Virus record (IMG/VR): IMGVR_UViG_3300042398_000686
Span: 1-64,000 of that record
Source of the DNA: an uncultured virus (IMG/VR IMGVR_UViG_3300042398_000686)
Lineage: Duplodnaviria; Heunggongvirae; Uroviricota; Caudoviricetes
Length of the DNA stretch: 64,000 nucleotides
Reading direction: 5' to 3' (one strand)
Shown: positions 39,103 to 49,003 of the stretch, one piece after another
Layout of the letters: each line of letters starts with the position of its first letter
How positions within the stretch are numbered: position 1 is the first letter of the stretch
Made by a program: the position numbers and the translations under genes
The notes under the pieces: generated by a model
The model's input: the letters and a program-made list of their open reading frames with translations, nothing else
What the model was told of the DNA's origin: nothing
Databases searched by the model: none

Positions 39103-40412
39103 ATATCTTCTGATACATAAATCCCATGTGCGCCACTTACTGTTATACCTCTAGCGGAAAGTGCATCACCAACAAAATGTACGTTAGGATACTTGGTCAG
39201 GGCTAAGTTAGTATAATCAACAAGCGGCTCAGGTGATAGATATTTTACTTCAGGTATATAAATACCCCAATTGTCTTCTAATGTTGGGAATACTTTTTTC
39301 ATATCTTCGATAAAATCTTCAATATAATCAAAGTACCCTTCAAATGTTCTTCTAACATCCATCATATCAGCATCTGATATTTGATGTGCTTCTACGTGTC
39401 CTCCTTCAGATGTAAGTGATACTTTACGTGATGGAGAGTAATATAAACCTTTACCATCTACTGATTGTAATTGTGATACAACATTTCTTGACCATTCAAA
39501 TGGATTTTCAATACCATTTAACTCCATAATAATACCAAAGTTAGTCATATCGTTTCTATACTTCTCATCTTTTTTAGCATGACCATTGTAAGTATAGTTT
39601 CCGTATGTTTCTTCTACTGCAACATAAGCAGCATTATTATTAGTACAGAATGAACGTAATGATACTCCTTTATTGTCGAATTTTCTATATAATTTAAAGT
39701 CATATGAAATATCAATTAAGTTTTGAAAGTGGTGTTGTGGTGCTTCAAATCTAACACCAATTTGTACTGATTTAGGTTCAGTTGGTAGATCATATTTTTC
39801 AGCTAGTTGTTTACCAAAGTCAATACCCGATTTACCTACACCAAAGATAAGTGTATCATATGATATAATTCCATGATCCCATGTAATTTCGTTTACTGGG
39901 TCTGCTTTTAATGTTTGGTTAACAAATGCAATTTCCGTTACTTTAGTTTCCCAAATAAAGTTAACACCCTTATCAACTAAATATTCATACCAATTTTTAG
40001 CAATTTCTAATAGATAATCAGTTCCAACATGCCATACAGGAAACAATCTTAAACCAAAATATGGTTTAATAAAATCAGGTTCAGCATCTGGGTTTGAACA
40101 TTGTACTTCTTCAGGTTTAGGATGGAAACGTTTAAAGTTAGTTATAACTTGATCCATCAATTCCATTGCTTTATCTTCACCACAGTATTTAGAAAGTTGA
40201 CCTCCAATGGCTGTATGATAAGTTAATTTACCATCAGACCAACCACCAGCACCTAACATACCAGTCATTACTTCACTTGGTAATCTTTTATGAGGATCTT
40301 TCCCCATATCAATAATTGTAATTAAATGACCAGGATAGCCATTGTCTACTAATTTAGTAGCAGCATTAATACCTGCTACTCCTGCACCTACTATTACTAT
40401 TTTTTTACTCAT
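39087..40412 (-). CDS. FAD-dependent oxidoreductase (COG2509-like)
   Basis: IVIVGAGVAG Rossmann motif, GGWSDGKL, IGVRFE, RSFCTNN, NGHA, TNFGI, PEVKY, FVGD. The start is reassigned to MSKKIV at 40412. Confidence 0.88.
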   Translation of the reverse strand: MSKKIVIVGAGVAGINAATKLVDNGYPGHLITIIDMGKDPHKRLPSEVMTGMLGAGGWSDGKLTYHTAIGGQLSKYCGEDKAMELMDQVITNFKRFHPKPEEVQCSNPDAEPDFIKPYFGLRLFPVWHVGTDYLLEIAKNWYEYLVDKGVNFIWETKVTEIAFVNQTLKADPVNEITWDHGIISYDTLIFGVGKSGIDFGKQLAEKYDLPTEPKSVQIGVRFEAPQHHFQNLIDISYDFKLYRKFDNKGVSLRSFCTNNNAAYVAVEETYGNYTYNGHAKKDEKYRNDMTNFGIIMELNGIENPFEWSRNVVSQLQSVDGKGLYYSPSRKVSLTSEGGHVEAHQISDADMMDVRRTFEGYFDYIEDFIEDMKKVFPTLEDNWGIYIPEVKYLSPEPLVDYTNLALTKYPNVHFVGDALSARGITVSGAHGIYVSEDILKSK

Positions 40413-40432
40413 GTTTATATCTTTTGAACTGT

Positions 40433-40463
40433 TAAATATACGAAAAAAAGATGTGGTCTCAAA
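40433..40463 (-). promoter_or_regulatory. Bacteroidota-type sigma70 promoter candidate
   Basis: TTTG-N19-TATATTTA, overlapping a terminator. Confidence 0.6.
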
Positions 40464-40478
40464 AACTGAGGCCACATC
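40443..40478 (-). terminator. Intrinsic terminator
   Basis: GATGTGGCCTCA-GTTTT-TGAGACCACATC-T7. Confidence 0.8.
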
Positions 40479-40530
40479 TCTCTAAAATTTATCTCTTACG
40501 AGCGACTAGGATATGAATCTAGTCTGTATG

Positions 40531-41178
40531 TTAGAATTTTTTATTATTGATTTGAATAATTTTAGCTATAGATTTTTTATAAATTCTATCATCATTATCT
40601 CTAGTTACAAATACATTTTTCTTATCACCAGCTACGTTTTTAGCGTAATAAGTAGTTTTATCATCTTTAAAAAATAAACGAGTACCTTTACCTATATCTT
40701 CTGGTTTAGCGTTTTCATCTAATTCAGGTTCATCTGATTCCGCTATGGCATCAGGAATAATGTATTCGTTTTTACCAATTTTAAGGTTTTTAATAGTATT
40801 AGCATTAACCATTCTATACCCTTTAGCACCCATATCATATACTGTGATGTAATTGAATTCAGCTGGGTCATATGCTAATGTTCCTCCTTTTAGATATTTT
40901 TTAACACCTAAACGAGCATTCATTACACGCTCACTACCATCTTTTTTAATAAATGTTACAGTAAAGAATTTACCTTTAGTATCGAATATTAATTCTTTAG
41001 CAGTTTCTTTATCTATTTCACCTGATGGTTCAGACGGTGTTTCAGCTGGTACAGCAGGAATTTGAGCTAATGGGTCATCAGCTGGTATTCCTTCTGCTTC
41101 TGGTTGTTCGTTTAGTATTTGTGAGTTTCTAGTCATTTTATTTTCAACTAGAAAACGTTTTAAGTCAAAATTATCCAT
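40531..41178 (-). CDS. Protein with WYL_2/Sm-like SH3 domain and ILNE leader
   Basis: FTVTFIKKDGSER.M.A ... VYDM...GYR.VN. Confidence 0.7.
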   Translation of the reverse strand: MDNFDLKRFLVENKMTRNSQILNEQPEAEGIPADDPLAQIPAVPAETPSEPSGEIDKETAKELIFDTKGKFFTVTFIKKDGSERVMNARLGVKKYLKGGTLAYDPAEFNYITVYDMGAKGYRMVNANTIKNLKIGKNEYIIPDAIAESDEPELDENAKPEDIGKGTRLFFKDDKTTYYAKNVAGDKKNVFVTRDNDDRIYKKSIAKIIQINNKKF

Positions 41179-41210
41179 TATTTATTGTTTAATTATTTAC
41201 ATATAAATAT

Positions 41211-41990
41211 TTACTCTTCCTCTTCCCCTTCAAACTGTTTAGCAATTATTGCATCATATGTTCTACTAGCAACAGTATGATATTTGTGACAATCATTACA
41301 TTGCATTTGAATACGTGGAGTTCCAGCAGCAGAATAACGAGTTTGTGAATGTCTTAAATCAGTTGATCCACATTCAGGACAACATGTTTTTTCTCCTGTC
41401 TCTAAAGCACCATAATGTGTTTTATGTGGTACATAATTTTTAATGTGATTATATACTTTTTCAAGTATTATAACGTCATTCTTACAATAATCAACCATTG
41501 TTGTCATTGCGTCTTTATCGTTGTTTAAAACGATGTTTTTCCATAAATCAAAACCACCTGTTTCAGATTTTTCACCCACACCTAAGTATTGAGCAATATA
41601 ATCTAAACGATTACTATTAAATCTAAATTTAGATCTTGCATGTTTTAAAGTGTCAAGTGTAGTGTAGTTTGGGAAACATGGTATACCATGAAATAAACAA
41701 CGTGTTCTGATCCAAGGTAAATCAAATCGATCACCATTATGTCCTACTAATTCATGAGCTTCGTTAGCTACAACCATGAATTTTTCTAACATAGATTTAT
41801 CGTTTTGATTTTTATCCCAATGTAAAGAATATACTTTATCATCATCTGCCCATTTATAGCAAATGCAAATAATAGCTCTTTCTTTAATTATATTGGTATA
41901 TGGGACATTTAATTTGTATCCTGATTGCCAGAAAAAGCCAATGTTTGGACTTGTTTCAATGTCGAAAAATAATCTTTTCTTTTTATTCAT
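41211..41990 (-). CDS. DnaQ/RNase_H_2-like 3'-5' exonuclease with C-terminal Zn ribbon
   Basis: FFDIET, GHNGDRFD, YCKNDV (DEDDy); CPECGS...CNDC. Confidence 0.88.
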   Translation of the reverse strand: MNKKKRLFFDIETSPNIGFFWQSGYKLNVPYTNIIKERAIICICYKWADDDKVYSLHWDKNQNDKSMLEKFMVVANEAHELVGHNGDRFDLPWIRTRCLFHGIPCFPNYTTLDTLKHARSKFRFNSNRLDYIAQYLGVGEKSETGGFDLWKNIVLNNDKDAMTTMVDYCKNDVIILEKVYNHIKNYVPHKTHYGALETGEKTCCPECGSTDLRHSQTRYSAAGTPRIQMQCNDCHKYHTVASRTYDAIIAKQFEGEEEE

Positions 41991-42013
41991 AACGTAATTA
42001 TAAAATTAGAGTT

Positions 42014-42045
42014 TAAATGTAAAAAGGCTCCCTGAGGGAGCCAAA
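42014..42045 (-). promoter_or_regulatory. Bacteroidota-type promoter overlapping a terminator hairpin
   Basis: TTTG-N20-TACATTTA; the spacer forms GGCTCCC-TCA-GGGAGCC-TTTTT. Confidence 0.65.
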
Positions 42046-42050
42046 TTTTC

Positions 42051-42530
42051 TTATAATTCTTCCGGTTCTACTGGAGGTGTTGATGATTCTCCTTTAGCTG
42101 GTGTTAAATTTTGTTGTGCTAAGTCTTCAGGTGACATGTTAGCATTTATAGGACCGTATTGTATTAGTTCAGATATGGATTTGATTGCTCTTTCTCTTTC
42201 TTGAAGTGTTAGCATGTCATATTTTTTACCGGCTACTTTAACAATAAAGTCTTCTGTATTCCAAATTAAATTAAAATACTGTTTATTAGGTAATATTACT
42301 TTAAATGTAGTAGGTCTTGGAGCAACCCATTGAATATCATCAACAAACAATCTAAATTGCATTGTTAATAATTTTTCTAATGTTTGTCTCAATTGAGGAA
42401 AACGTTGAAGTATTAAATTCATAGGTGAATTTGGATCACCTTGATATGCTTCTTCTGCTGTTTTTCCTAACAGTTGACGAACTCTACCTCTTACGTAATC
42501 TTCTAATTCTTGTTTTGAATTAAATTCCAT
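42051..42530 (-). CDS. Hypothetical protein
   Basis: 159-aa ORF in the cargo block. Confidence 0.7.
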   Translation of the reverse strand: MEFNSKQELEDYVRGRVRQLLGKTAEEAYQGDPNSPMNLILQRFPQLRQTLEKLLTMQFRLFVDDIQWVAPRPTTFKVILPNKQYFNLIWNTEDFIVKVAGKKYDMLTLQERERAIKSISELIQYGPINANMSPEDLAQQNLTPAKGESSTPPVEPEEL

Positions 42531-43111
42531 TATTTACGTTTTATTATATTTTCTAATTGATAGTCTGATGCAGGTCCAGCGTATGCTCTTCTATCACTTT
42601 CTAATTTACTTTGTATATTAGTTAATATACCTAAAACAGTATTTAAACCTTCAGCAATATCATCAGGTTGTTCTACACCAAAATCCATTGTTTGTTCTAC
42701 TCTAGATAACATACCTCCGATCATACGGATTGTATTTACTAGTTCTGGTCCTTTCATTTCTTGTAATGAGTCAATAGCTGCTACTTTTTCTTCGCCGTCT
42801 AGATATCCATAAGCGCTTTGTAAATAATCATATGCTTTAATGATTTTAGCTTGCCACCAATGGGGAAAATCTACTTCTCCTCCTATTTTATCATAGTTAT
42901 CTAACTGCTTGTATAACATAGAAGCCATTTTAGCTATTCTATATACATCGCTTTTAAGCATTTTTGGTTCGTCGTCTTGATGACCTACGTCTAAGTCTTC
43001 ACTTTTAAGTTTAACTCCTCTACCTTTTAAGATATCTGCTCTAGTTACTTTACCATCACCTGTTAAATCAGGGAATTTACTTTCATTAAGTATATTTTCT
43101 AAATTAAACAT
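42530..43111 (-). CDS. Candidate capsid-internal protein with EF-hand-like loop
   Basis: MFNLENILNE leader; FPDLTGDGKVTRADIL; DVGHQDDEP module. Confidence 0.7.
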   Translation of the reverse strand: MFNLENILNESKFPDLTGDGKVTRADILKGRGVKLKSEDLDVGHQDDEPKMLKSDVYRIAKMASMLYKQLDNYDKIGGEVDFPHWWQAKIIKAYDYLQSAYGYLDGEEKVAAIDSLQEMKGPELVNTIRMIGGMLSRVEQTMDFGVEQPDDIAEGLNTVLGILTNIQSKLESDRRAYAGPASDYQLENIIKRK

Positions 43112-43133
43112 AATTGTTATTTTGTTATAAATA

Positions 43134-44144
43134 TTAATCTAAATCAGATAATCCAGTATCATCTTTTTTAAGGTCATCTACAATATCACGCATTGAATCA
43201 CTAGCCCATTTCTTTTGATCGTTTGTTAATTCATTGTTTATAGCATTTTCTATAAATTCAATAAATTCGTCTTCAGGTAACCTATATATTTCTGTAAATA
43301 ATAATTCTCTAACTCGTGGATCATTTATATTACTGTCATTATATATGTCTGAAATTGCATCATAAATGAATTTTCCATATTGAAAATCTCTAGGTTCGTT
43401 TTCTAATTTATCTACAGCACCTACGATTGCTTGATTTTTTTCTTTATCAGATCCAAATCCTTCAGTACCTACTATTTCATATAATCCTTTTACGATTTCA
43501 TGAACTAACATAGGAAAACAAATAGCTCTAGCTTTAATAATGAATTGATCTTCATCTTCATCATACACCATTTCGCTTTCACCTCCAGGGATGTTTTGTT
43601 TTTGAGCAATCATTGCTAATAACATAGCAATAGCTTCCTCACTATCATAGATACCAAATGATAATTTTAATATTTCACTATATTTAGCTACTAAAGCTTC
43701 ATCAATAGCATCTAGATAATCTCTAAACAATAAAAATGCAAATGAACCTCTAATAGAGGCACCTTGAGTAATACCGTTTATAATACGACGTTTTGCTTGT
43801 TGCGCTTCAGGTGGTGCTTCATCCGCTGGAACTTCATCCTCACTTGGTGGTGGGATTTGAATGTCGTTCATAGGAACTATTTTAGCATCGATTTTAATAT
43901 TAGCATAATCAATAATAGGATATGCTTGTGTTACAATATCAGCTGCTAAAAATTCTAAACTATCACGATATCCCTCTTCAGCTTCAACTAATTCAGGTAC
44001 TAAACCAGAAGAACGCATTATAGCTTGTTGAAGATTTTTATCCCCTAACATTTGTCTTAATGATTCACCTGACTTACCTTTTAAGGCAGCCATGGTTTCT
44101 GGTTTGAATATTTTTTCGTATTCTATTTCTAATAAATGAGCCAT
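43134..44144 (-). CDS. Acidic hypothetical protein
   Basis: 336 aa; KRRIIN.ITQG and FPMLVHEIVKGLYE (HExxK). Confidence 0.75.
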   Translation of the reverse strand: MAHLLEIEYEKIFKPETMAALKGKSGESLRQMLGDKNLQQAIMRSSGLVPELVEAEEGYRDSLEFLAADIVTQAYPIIDYANIKIDAKIVPMNDIQIPPPSEDEVPADEAPPEAQQAKRRIINGITQGASIRGSFAFLLFRDYLDAIDEALVAKYSEILKLSFGIYDSEEAIAMLLAMIAQKQNIPGGESEMVYDEDEDQFIIKARAICFPMLVHEIVKGLYEIVGTEGFGSDKEKNQAIVGAVDKLENEPRDFQYGKFIYDAISDIYNDSNINDPRVRELLFTEIYRLPEDEFIEFIENAINNELTNDQKKWASDSMRDIVDDLKKDDTGLSDLD

Positions 44145-47100
44145 TATTTTTTAGATTTAAAACGTGCTACAATTTGTTTAATAATTTCTTGCTCATTTTC
44201 ATTCATCGCTTTAGGTCTTGGTTCCACATTTGGGTTACCAATTCTACGACGTTTTTTCTCTTCTTCAGTACCTCTATCAGGAATAGTTTCAGTCCCACGT
44301 TCAGGTGTTTCTCTTGAAGGTGCTGGTTGGTTTTCTGCTAGTTTTTTCTTAATTACTTCCCTAACTAGAGATTTAAACTCATTTATTTTCATGTTTTTAT
44401 TGTTAGATTGTTTACGTCTTGCTAATTCATCCTTAACACCTTGTATTTCTTTTTCATTACCTTCATATCTTGAAAGGTTTATGATCATATCTGTTAAAGC
44501 GTCATTTGAATAATCTTTAAAACTTTCTTCTGCGCTATATGTTTCTTTCATTGGTGTTTTATTTTTTAAATTTTTCATTTCCTCTATCATATATGGATTT
44601 TCTTGTAAATGTAATTTAACTAATGATGTTCTCAAAGTCTCTAGTATATTTCTGTTTTGTAAGAAACTTACTAATTCACGTGGTGAATTTAAAGAATATG
44701 ATCTATCACCCACTACTACATAATTTCTATTTCCTGGTTGTATGTTTATAGATGCTATTCGTGTATCATTATTTAATCTAATGAAGTATATTTTACTTGG
44801 TCCTACACTAATAACATTAGTAACTCGACCTTGTCCAGTTAATAAATTATCTCTAGCCGAAGCTCCTCTATCACCTATTCTGTTTAAAGCAACAGCATCT
44901 GTAACATTTAATCTTCTAAAATCATTTCTAGGTAGACTACCAAATCCAATTCTTAAACCTCTTTCACTAAAAGCATCTGCTATGTTTACATCACCTCTTT
45001 GTCTTTCTTGTGGAACACGAGGTGTATTCCCTACACCAGCTGGTCTTCCTCTCCTAGGAGCCCCATCTTGTGGTGCTACTGGTGCTTGAGGTGCTGTTTG
45101 TTGAGCGGCTGCTGGCGCTTCTGGTTCTGCTTGTTGTGCTTGTGCTCCTAATAAACGTCTAGCAGCAGTAGCATTAATATTTGCTTTAATTAGTTTACCT
45201 GATGTATCAGATAATTTTTTACTATCAGCGGGGTTTCTAGTATTAATTAAATATACTGTATCATTATATTCTACAGGACGATATATGTTTGTGTCTTGTA
45301 AAGGTAAATTTGGGTTTGTTAATATTGATCTTTTAAGATCAGTTGGCATCCCATATGATGAAAGAGCATTAATTAAACCTTCATCTGTAAATGTTTGATT
45401 TAATCCTCTTAAATAAGCAAAATAAGCATCTAACATTTCGGGGGTGAAGCGTTCATTGATAGATACATTTCTCCAATCGCTTTTTTTTCCATATACTGTT
45501 TTAGAATAAAAAGGATTTTCTCCTCGAACATTAGGAAGAGCAGTAGTTGTAAATATTAATGGATTTTCTTCATCCGTTGTTAGTATAACTAGGGGATAAT
45601 TAGAATAATCAGTATTACTAATTATCCTTTTTTCATTTGAAGTTGATTTTAAAATAGAAGTTAAACCTACTCTATCTATTTGAGAAGGTATATTTTCTCG
45701 AGAAGTAAATAAATTTATTACATTTTGTTGAAAAGATTCATTGTCGTCTTGTTCGTCAAATATAGCTTGTACTTCTTCACTATCAAATGGTATTTGATTT
45801 ATCTTACCATTTTCTATTTTATATGAAGCAAATGAATTTGAATCAACAATAATCTGTCCATTATCGGTATCTTTAACTATAATAGCAGAATTTGGATTGT
45901 TTTTAGCTGTTTCTAAAGTTTGGTCTAAAAGTGTCTGGTCTATTATTTCATCAGAGACTAATTTAGCTAAATCTCTAAATGGTATTTTATCTAATTCAGG
46001 ATAATCTGTTATATATTTTGATGTTCTTTTATTTAATTTAATACTAGGATAATCATCTTCAGCAGTATAAATACCCGCTGTAATATTATCTCCTAGTTCT
46101 AATTTAACAATAGCGTTACCATCTTTAGTAACGTATATTCTTTCATTATTGTTTAATTTCCATTTATCTAATGTTGTTAATAATTTTTTAACATCAAATG
46201 GTAATTTATCTGCTTTTAGTTCAGATGTATCTATTTTGTCTCGCATGTTTGCGATAATAGATCTTCTATCACTATTTGAAAAACTTTCTAAATGTTTTAA
46301 TAATTCTTCAGTTTCTATTATCCCAGGAGTAATAGCAATAAATTCAGCTAGTTGAGGTAATTTAGATAAATATTTAGATAAAAATTCATCATTTGAAATA
46401 TCATCAAATAATTTTCTGCCTTTTCTAACTACTAAATATTGTTGTTTAACCTCAAATGGTAATTTAATCCATTCTCTAATCCCAATAGGTTTATTTTTAT
46501 ATTGTTGGGTTACTTTTTCTCCTGTATTTAGTGGTATATATTTAAGTACTTGTTGAACGTTTGGTATTTCACGTAACCAAGGAACTTCTCTCTCTAATTG
46601 AGTAAAACTCATTGGTTGAGATTCATGAGGAGAATTAGATCGGTTTGTATAAACGTATCTTTGGTTTTCTGAAGTTGTTTTGGGGTCTCTGACTTGTATA
46701 GCAACAAAGCTTAAAGGATCATTATTTGATAAATTATTATTTTGAGCTAAATAGAATGTTGGATATGATCTATCCCCACTGTATCTGTAGTTTCCATAAG
46801 AACCTCTTGTAATACACCATCTTTCACCTCGACCATAATTGACACAATTGTCTTCTTTAGAACCATTATAAACAATAATAGTATCATCATCATTATGATA
46901 TACTACATCAGGAGTAATATCTACTGTTTCAGGTGTTTCTGCTCCTTTAGAAGAAGTAACTAATCGAATTAGTTGTGATAATGAATATTTAAATAAATCT
47001 TTTTCAGGAATTTTAGGGGAATTTTTTAAAACATCAAAACGTTCAATATATTTTTTTAATTGTTCGTCATTGATTTCTATATTTAAATCATCTGCTTCCT

Positions 47101-47209
47101 CTTTAAATTTATCCATTAATTTAGTCATAACAGAAGGAGCATAAGCTTCATTCAGCCCATTCTCCCAGTTATGAATAACATGTAATATAAATTTATCTAT
47201 TGGTCTCAT
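44144..47209 (-). CDS. Large multi-module protein, candidate internal/ejection polyprotein
   Basis: 1021 aa; GLNE leader, C..YG.G.RWCIT motif, Ala/Pro linker with RRGRP, C-terminal modules separated by LxE sites. Confidence 0.8.
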   Translation of the reverse strand: MRPIDKFILHVIHNWENGLNEAYAPSVMTKLMDKFKEEADDLNIEINDEQLKKYIERFDVLKNSPKIPEKDLFKYSLSQLIRLVTSSKGAETPETVDITPDVVYHNDDDTIIVYNGSKEDNCVNYGRGERWCITRGSYGNYRYSGDRSYPTFYLAQNNNLSNNDPLSFVAIQVRDPKTTSENQRYVYTNRSNSPHESQPMSFTQLEREVPWLREIPNVQQVLKYIPLNTGEKVTQQYKNKPIGIREWIKLPFEVKQQYLVVRKGRKLFDDISNDEFLSKYLSKLPQLAEFIAITPGIIETEELLKHLESFSNSDRRSIIANMRDKIDTSELKADKLPFDVKKLLTTLDKWKLNNNERIYVTKDGNAIVKLELGDNITAGIYTAEDDYPSIKLNKRTSKYITDYPELDKIPFRDLAKLVSDEIIDQTLLDQTLETAKNNPNSAIIVKDTDNGQIIVDSNSFASYKIENGKINQIPFDSEEVQAIFDEQDDNESFQQNVINLFTSRENIPSQIDRVGLTSILKSTSNEKRIISNTDYSNYPLVILTTDEENPLIFTTTALPNVRGENPFYSKTVYGKKSDWRNVSINERFTPEMLDAYFAYLRGLNQTFTDEGLINALSSYGMPTDLKRSILTNPNLPLQDTNIYRPVEYNDTVYLINTRNPADSKKLSDTSGKLIKANINATAARRLLGAQAQQAEPEAPAAAQQTAPQAPVAPQDGAPRRGRPAGVGNTPRVPQERQRGDVNIADAFSERGLRIGFGSLPRNDFRRLNVTDAVALNRIGDRGASARDNLLTGQGRVTNVISVGPSKIYFIRLNNDTRIASINIQPGNRNYVVVGDRSYSLNSPRELVSFLQNRNILETLRTSLVKLHLQENPYMIEEMKNLKNKTPMKETYSAEESFKDYSNDALTDMIINLSRYEGNEKEIQGVKDELARRKQSNNKNMKINEFKSLVREVIKKKLAENQPAPSRETPERGTETIPDRGTEEEKKRRRIGNPNVEPRPKAMNENEQEIIKQIVARFKSKK

Positions 47210-47215
47210 TCAATA

Positions 47216-47701
47216 TTATTTTAAATCTAATTCAATACCTGCTTTTTTTGCTGCTTGTAAAAGTTTTTGTTTATATGTTTCTTTTTCTTCATCACTCATA
47301 TTAGAATGTTGTTTTACTCGTTTCCATATATCCATTGCTTTAACATAATCAGATGTTTCTTCACCTTCTGTAAGTTTAGGGCGTAAAGTTGTATTTACTC
47401 TATCTATTAAGTTTTGAATTTCTTCATCTTTATAACCACTTACTCCCTCTTTTTCTAGTTGATTTTTTACATACTCAAATGTAAATTGATCAATATCAAC
47501 AGCAGATGGGGATGATATTAATGTTCTATTAGGAATAGCTCCTAATCCTGGGTTGTGAATTGCAAGTTTAACACTTCCGTTATTATATAATGTAGCGTCT
47601 AAAGATCCTTCTTTATTAGAAACCGACCCTACACCATTTATTTCATTTAATTTAGATTTAACTATATTTCTTATAGCTTCTTTTAATTGTGATGTTTTCA
47701 T
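47216..47701 (-). CDS. Candidate capsid-internal protein
   Basis: Leader MKTSQLKEAIRNIVKSKLNE. Confidence 0.7.
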   Translation of the reverse strand: MKTSQLKEAIRNIVKSKLNEINGVGSVSNKEGSLDATLYNNGSVKLAIHNPGLGAIPNRTLISSPSAVDIDQFTFEYVKNQLEKEGVSGYKDEEIQNLIDRVNTTLRPKLTEGEETSDYVKAMDIWKRVKQHSNMSDEEKETYKQKLLQAAKKAGIELDLK

Positions 47702-47713
47702 ATTATAATTTAA

Positions 47714-48103
47714 TTATTTTGTTTTACCCCAAGAGTCACCTTTACCTTTATCCTTACAAGCAGCTGGCGTTGGTCTGCAAGATGGGTATTTTGAACGTTG
47801 TTCACCTGCTTTACGTCCACATGATTTACATTTACCATCTCGACATGTATTACAATCAACCCAACCTCCTTCTTTACCTGGTGCTCCTTTACGTTTGAAC
47901 CAAGTGCGAAGTGTTTCTTTTTGTTTTTCGTCTAATTGATCTAACTGTTCTTTAACACCTTTCCAAATATCACCTTTACGGCATCTAACAATAGCACCAG
48001 ATTTGTAAGCAGATGGTTTATCGTATTTACGATCTGCAATGCGTTTACATCTGTCCTCTTTTTCTTGGATTATTTGTTCTAATATTTCGGAGAGTTTAAT
48101 CAT
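47714..48103 (-). CDS. Basic Cys-containing candidate capsid-internal protein
   Basis: MIKLSEILEQIIQE leader; PSAYKSGAIVRCR and L..WF...GWVDC...CGR....YPSCRP modules. Confidence 0.7.
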   Translation of the reverse strand: MIKLSEILEQIIQEKEDRCKRIADRKYDKPSAYKSGAIVRCRKGDIWKGVKEQLDQLDEKQKETLRTWFKRKGAPGKEGGWVDCNTCRDGKCKSCGRKAGEQRSKYPSCRPTPAACKDKGKGDSWGKTK

Positions 48104-48365
48104 ACTTTTTTATCTTAACAAGTAAAGGTCCTGTACCTTTTATAGTACGGTGATACACATGTTTAGGTATAAATATTGGTTTATCTAGTAATATAGGAAG
48201 AGAGTCATCTAATTGTACTAGCCAATCAGTTGACTCTAAAGCTTCTACTAATCTATCTTCATTATCCATATGCCACATAAGTTCTACAGGATCTATATTC
48301 TCATCAAATTTACGAATTATATATTCGTCTGTAGTTTCTATATTTGTATATGGTTCCATTACCAA
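48096..48365 (-). CDS. Small cupin-like protein
   Basis: ELMWH.D.EDR ... FIPK..YHR.IKG.G.L. Confidence 0.65.
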   Translation of the reverse strand: MVMEPYTNIETTDEYIIRKFDENIDPVELMWHMDNEDRLVEALESTDWLVQLDDSLPILLDKPIFIPKHVYHRTIKGTGPLLVKIKKYD

Positions 48366-48994
48366 TAACCTGAAAATGTTGTTTTAAATCCTAGCATTTT
48401 AGCATAACGTGGTAATCTACAAGACCAATATGATGCTTTGGTTCTATCTTTTTTATTAGCACAATCATGACGTTTAGCAAATGCTTGACGTGCTTTAGAA
48501 TTATTTAATTTAGCTTTTAATCCAGTAGTGTCACCAAATGATACTTTTTTAACTTTGTCTCCGTCTTTAACGTAAACATAGAATTTTTTAGAACCACCGC
48601 GTTTAGGTTTCCCAATAGATACTTTTTTACCTTTAAATTCAGCTTCATCTATTTCTTGTGATTCATGTAGTTCTAACAATTCATCAAGTGATATAGGATA
48701 ATCTAAAGGTACTTTTATACCTTCATAAATACCATATTCACCTAAATTTGATTCTAATAATTCAGCATCATCTTCTACTACGGATAATAATCCTTCATTA
48801 TATAATGCTCTGGTTTCTCTAACTAGAGCCATGTAGTTAGAAGATAAAGGTCTATAAATGTTATGTATTAACATTCTACCTTCTTGTATGTGATAACTTA
48901 GCCCTTCAGAAAGTAAAATATTATTTTTACCTTCGTTAAGCATTAATTTAGGACCATTACATCCACAGTCGTCAATAGGAGTTATATTATTCAT
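48359..48994 (-). CDS. Two-module protein with basic C-terminal domain
   Basis: LNE/LSE/IDE sites; AEFKGKKV.IGKPKRGGSKKFYVYV...VSFGD...F..RH.C......A.YWSC. Confidence 0.75.
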   Translation of the reverse strand: MNNITPIDDCGCNGPKLMLNEGKNNILLSEGLSYHIQEGRMLIHNIYRPLSSNYMALVRETRALYNEGLLSVVEDDAELLESNLGEYGIYEGIKVPLDYPISLDELLELHESQEIDEAEFKGKKVSIGKPKRGGSKKFYVYVKDGDKVKKVSFGDTTGLKAKLNNSKARQAFAKRHDCANKKDRTKASYWSCRLPRYAKMLGFKTTFSGYW

Positions 48995-49003
48995 ATTTTA
49001 TTA

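Noticed and set aside
43134..44144. Metallopeptidase call from HEIVK
   Set aside because: The second His of HExxH is replaced by Lys; activity is not supportable.
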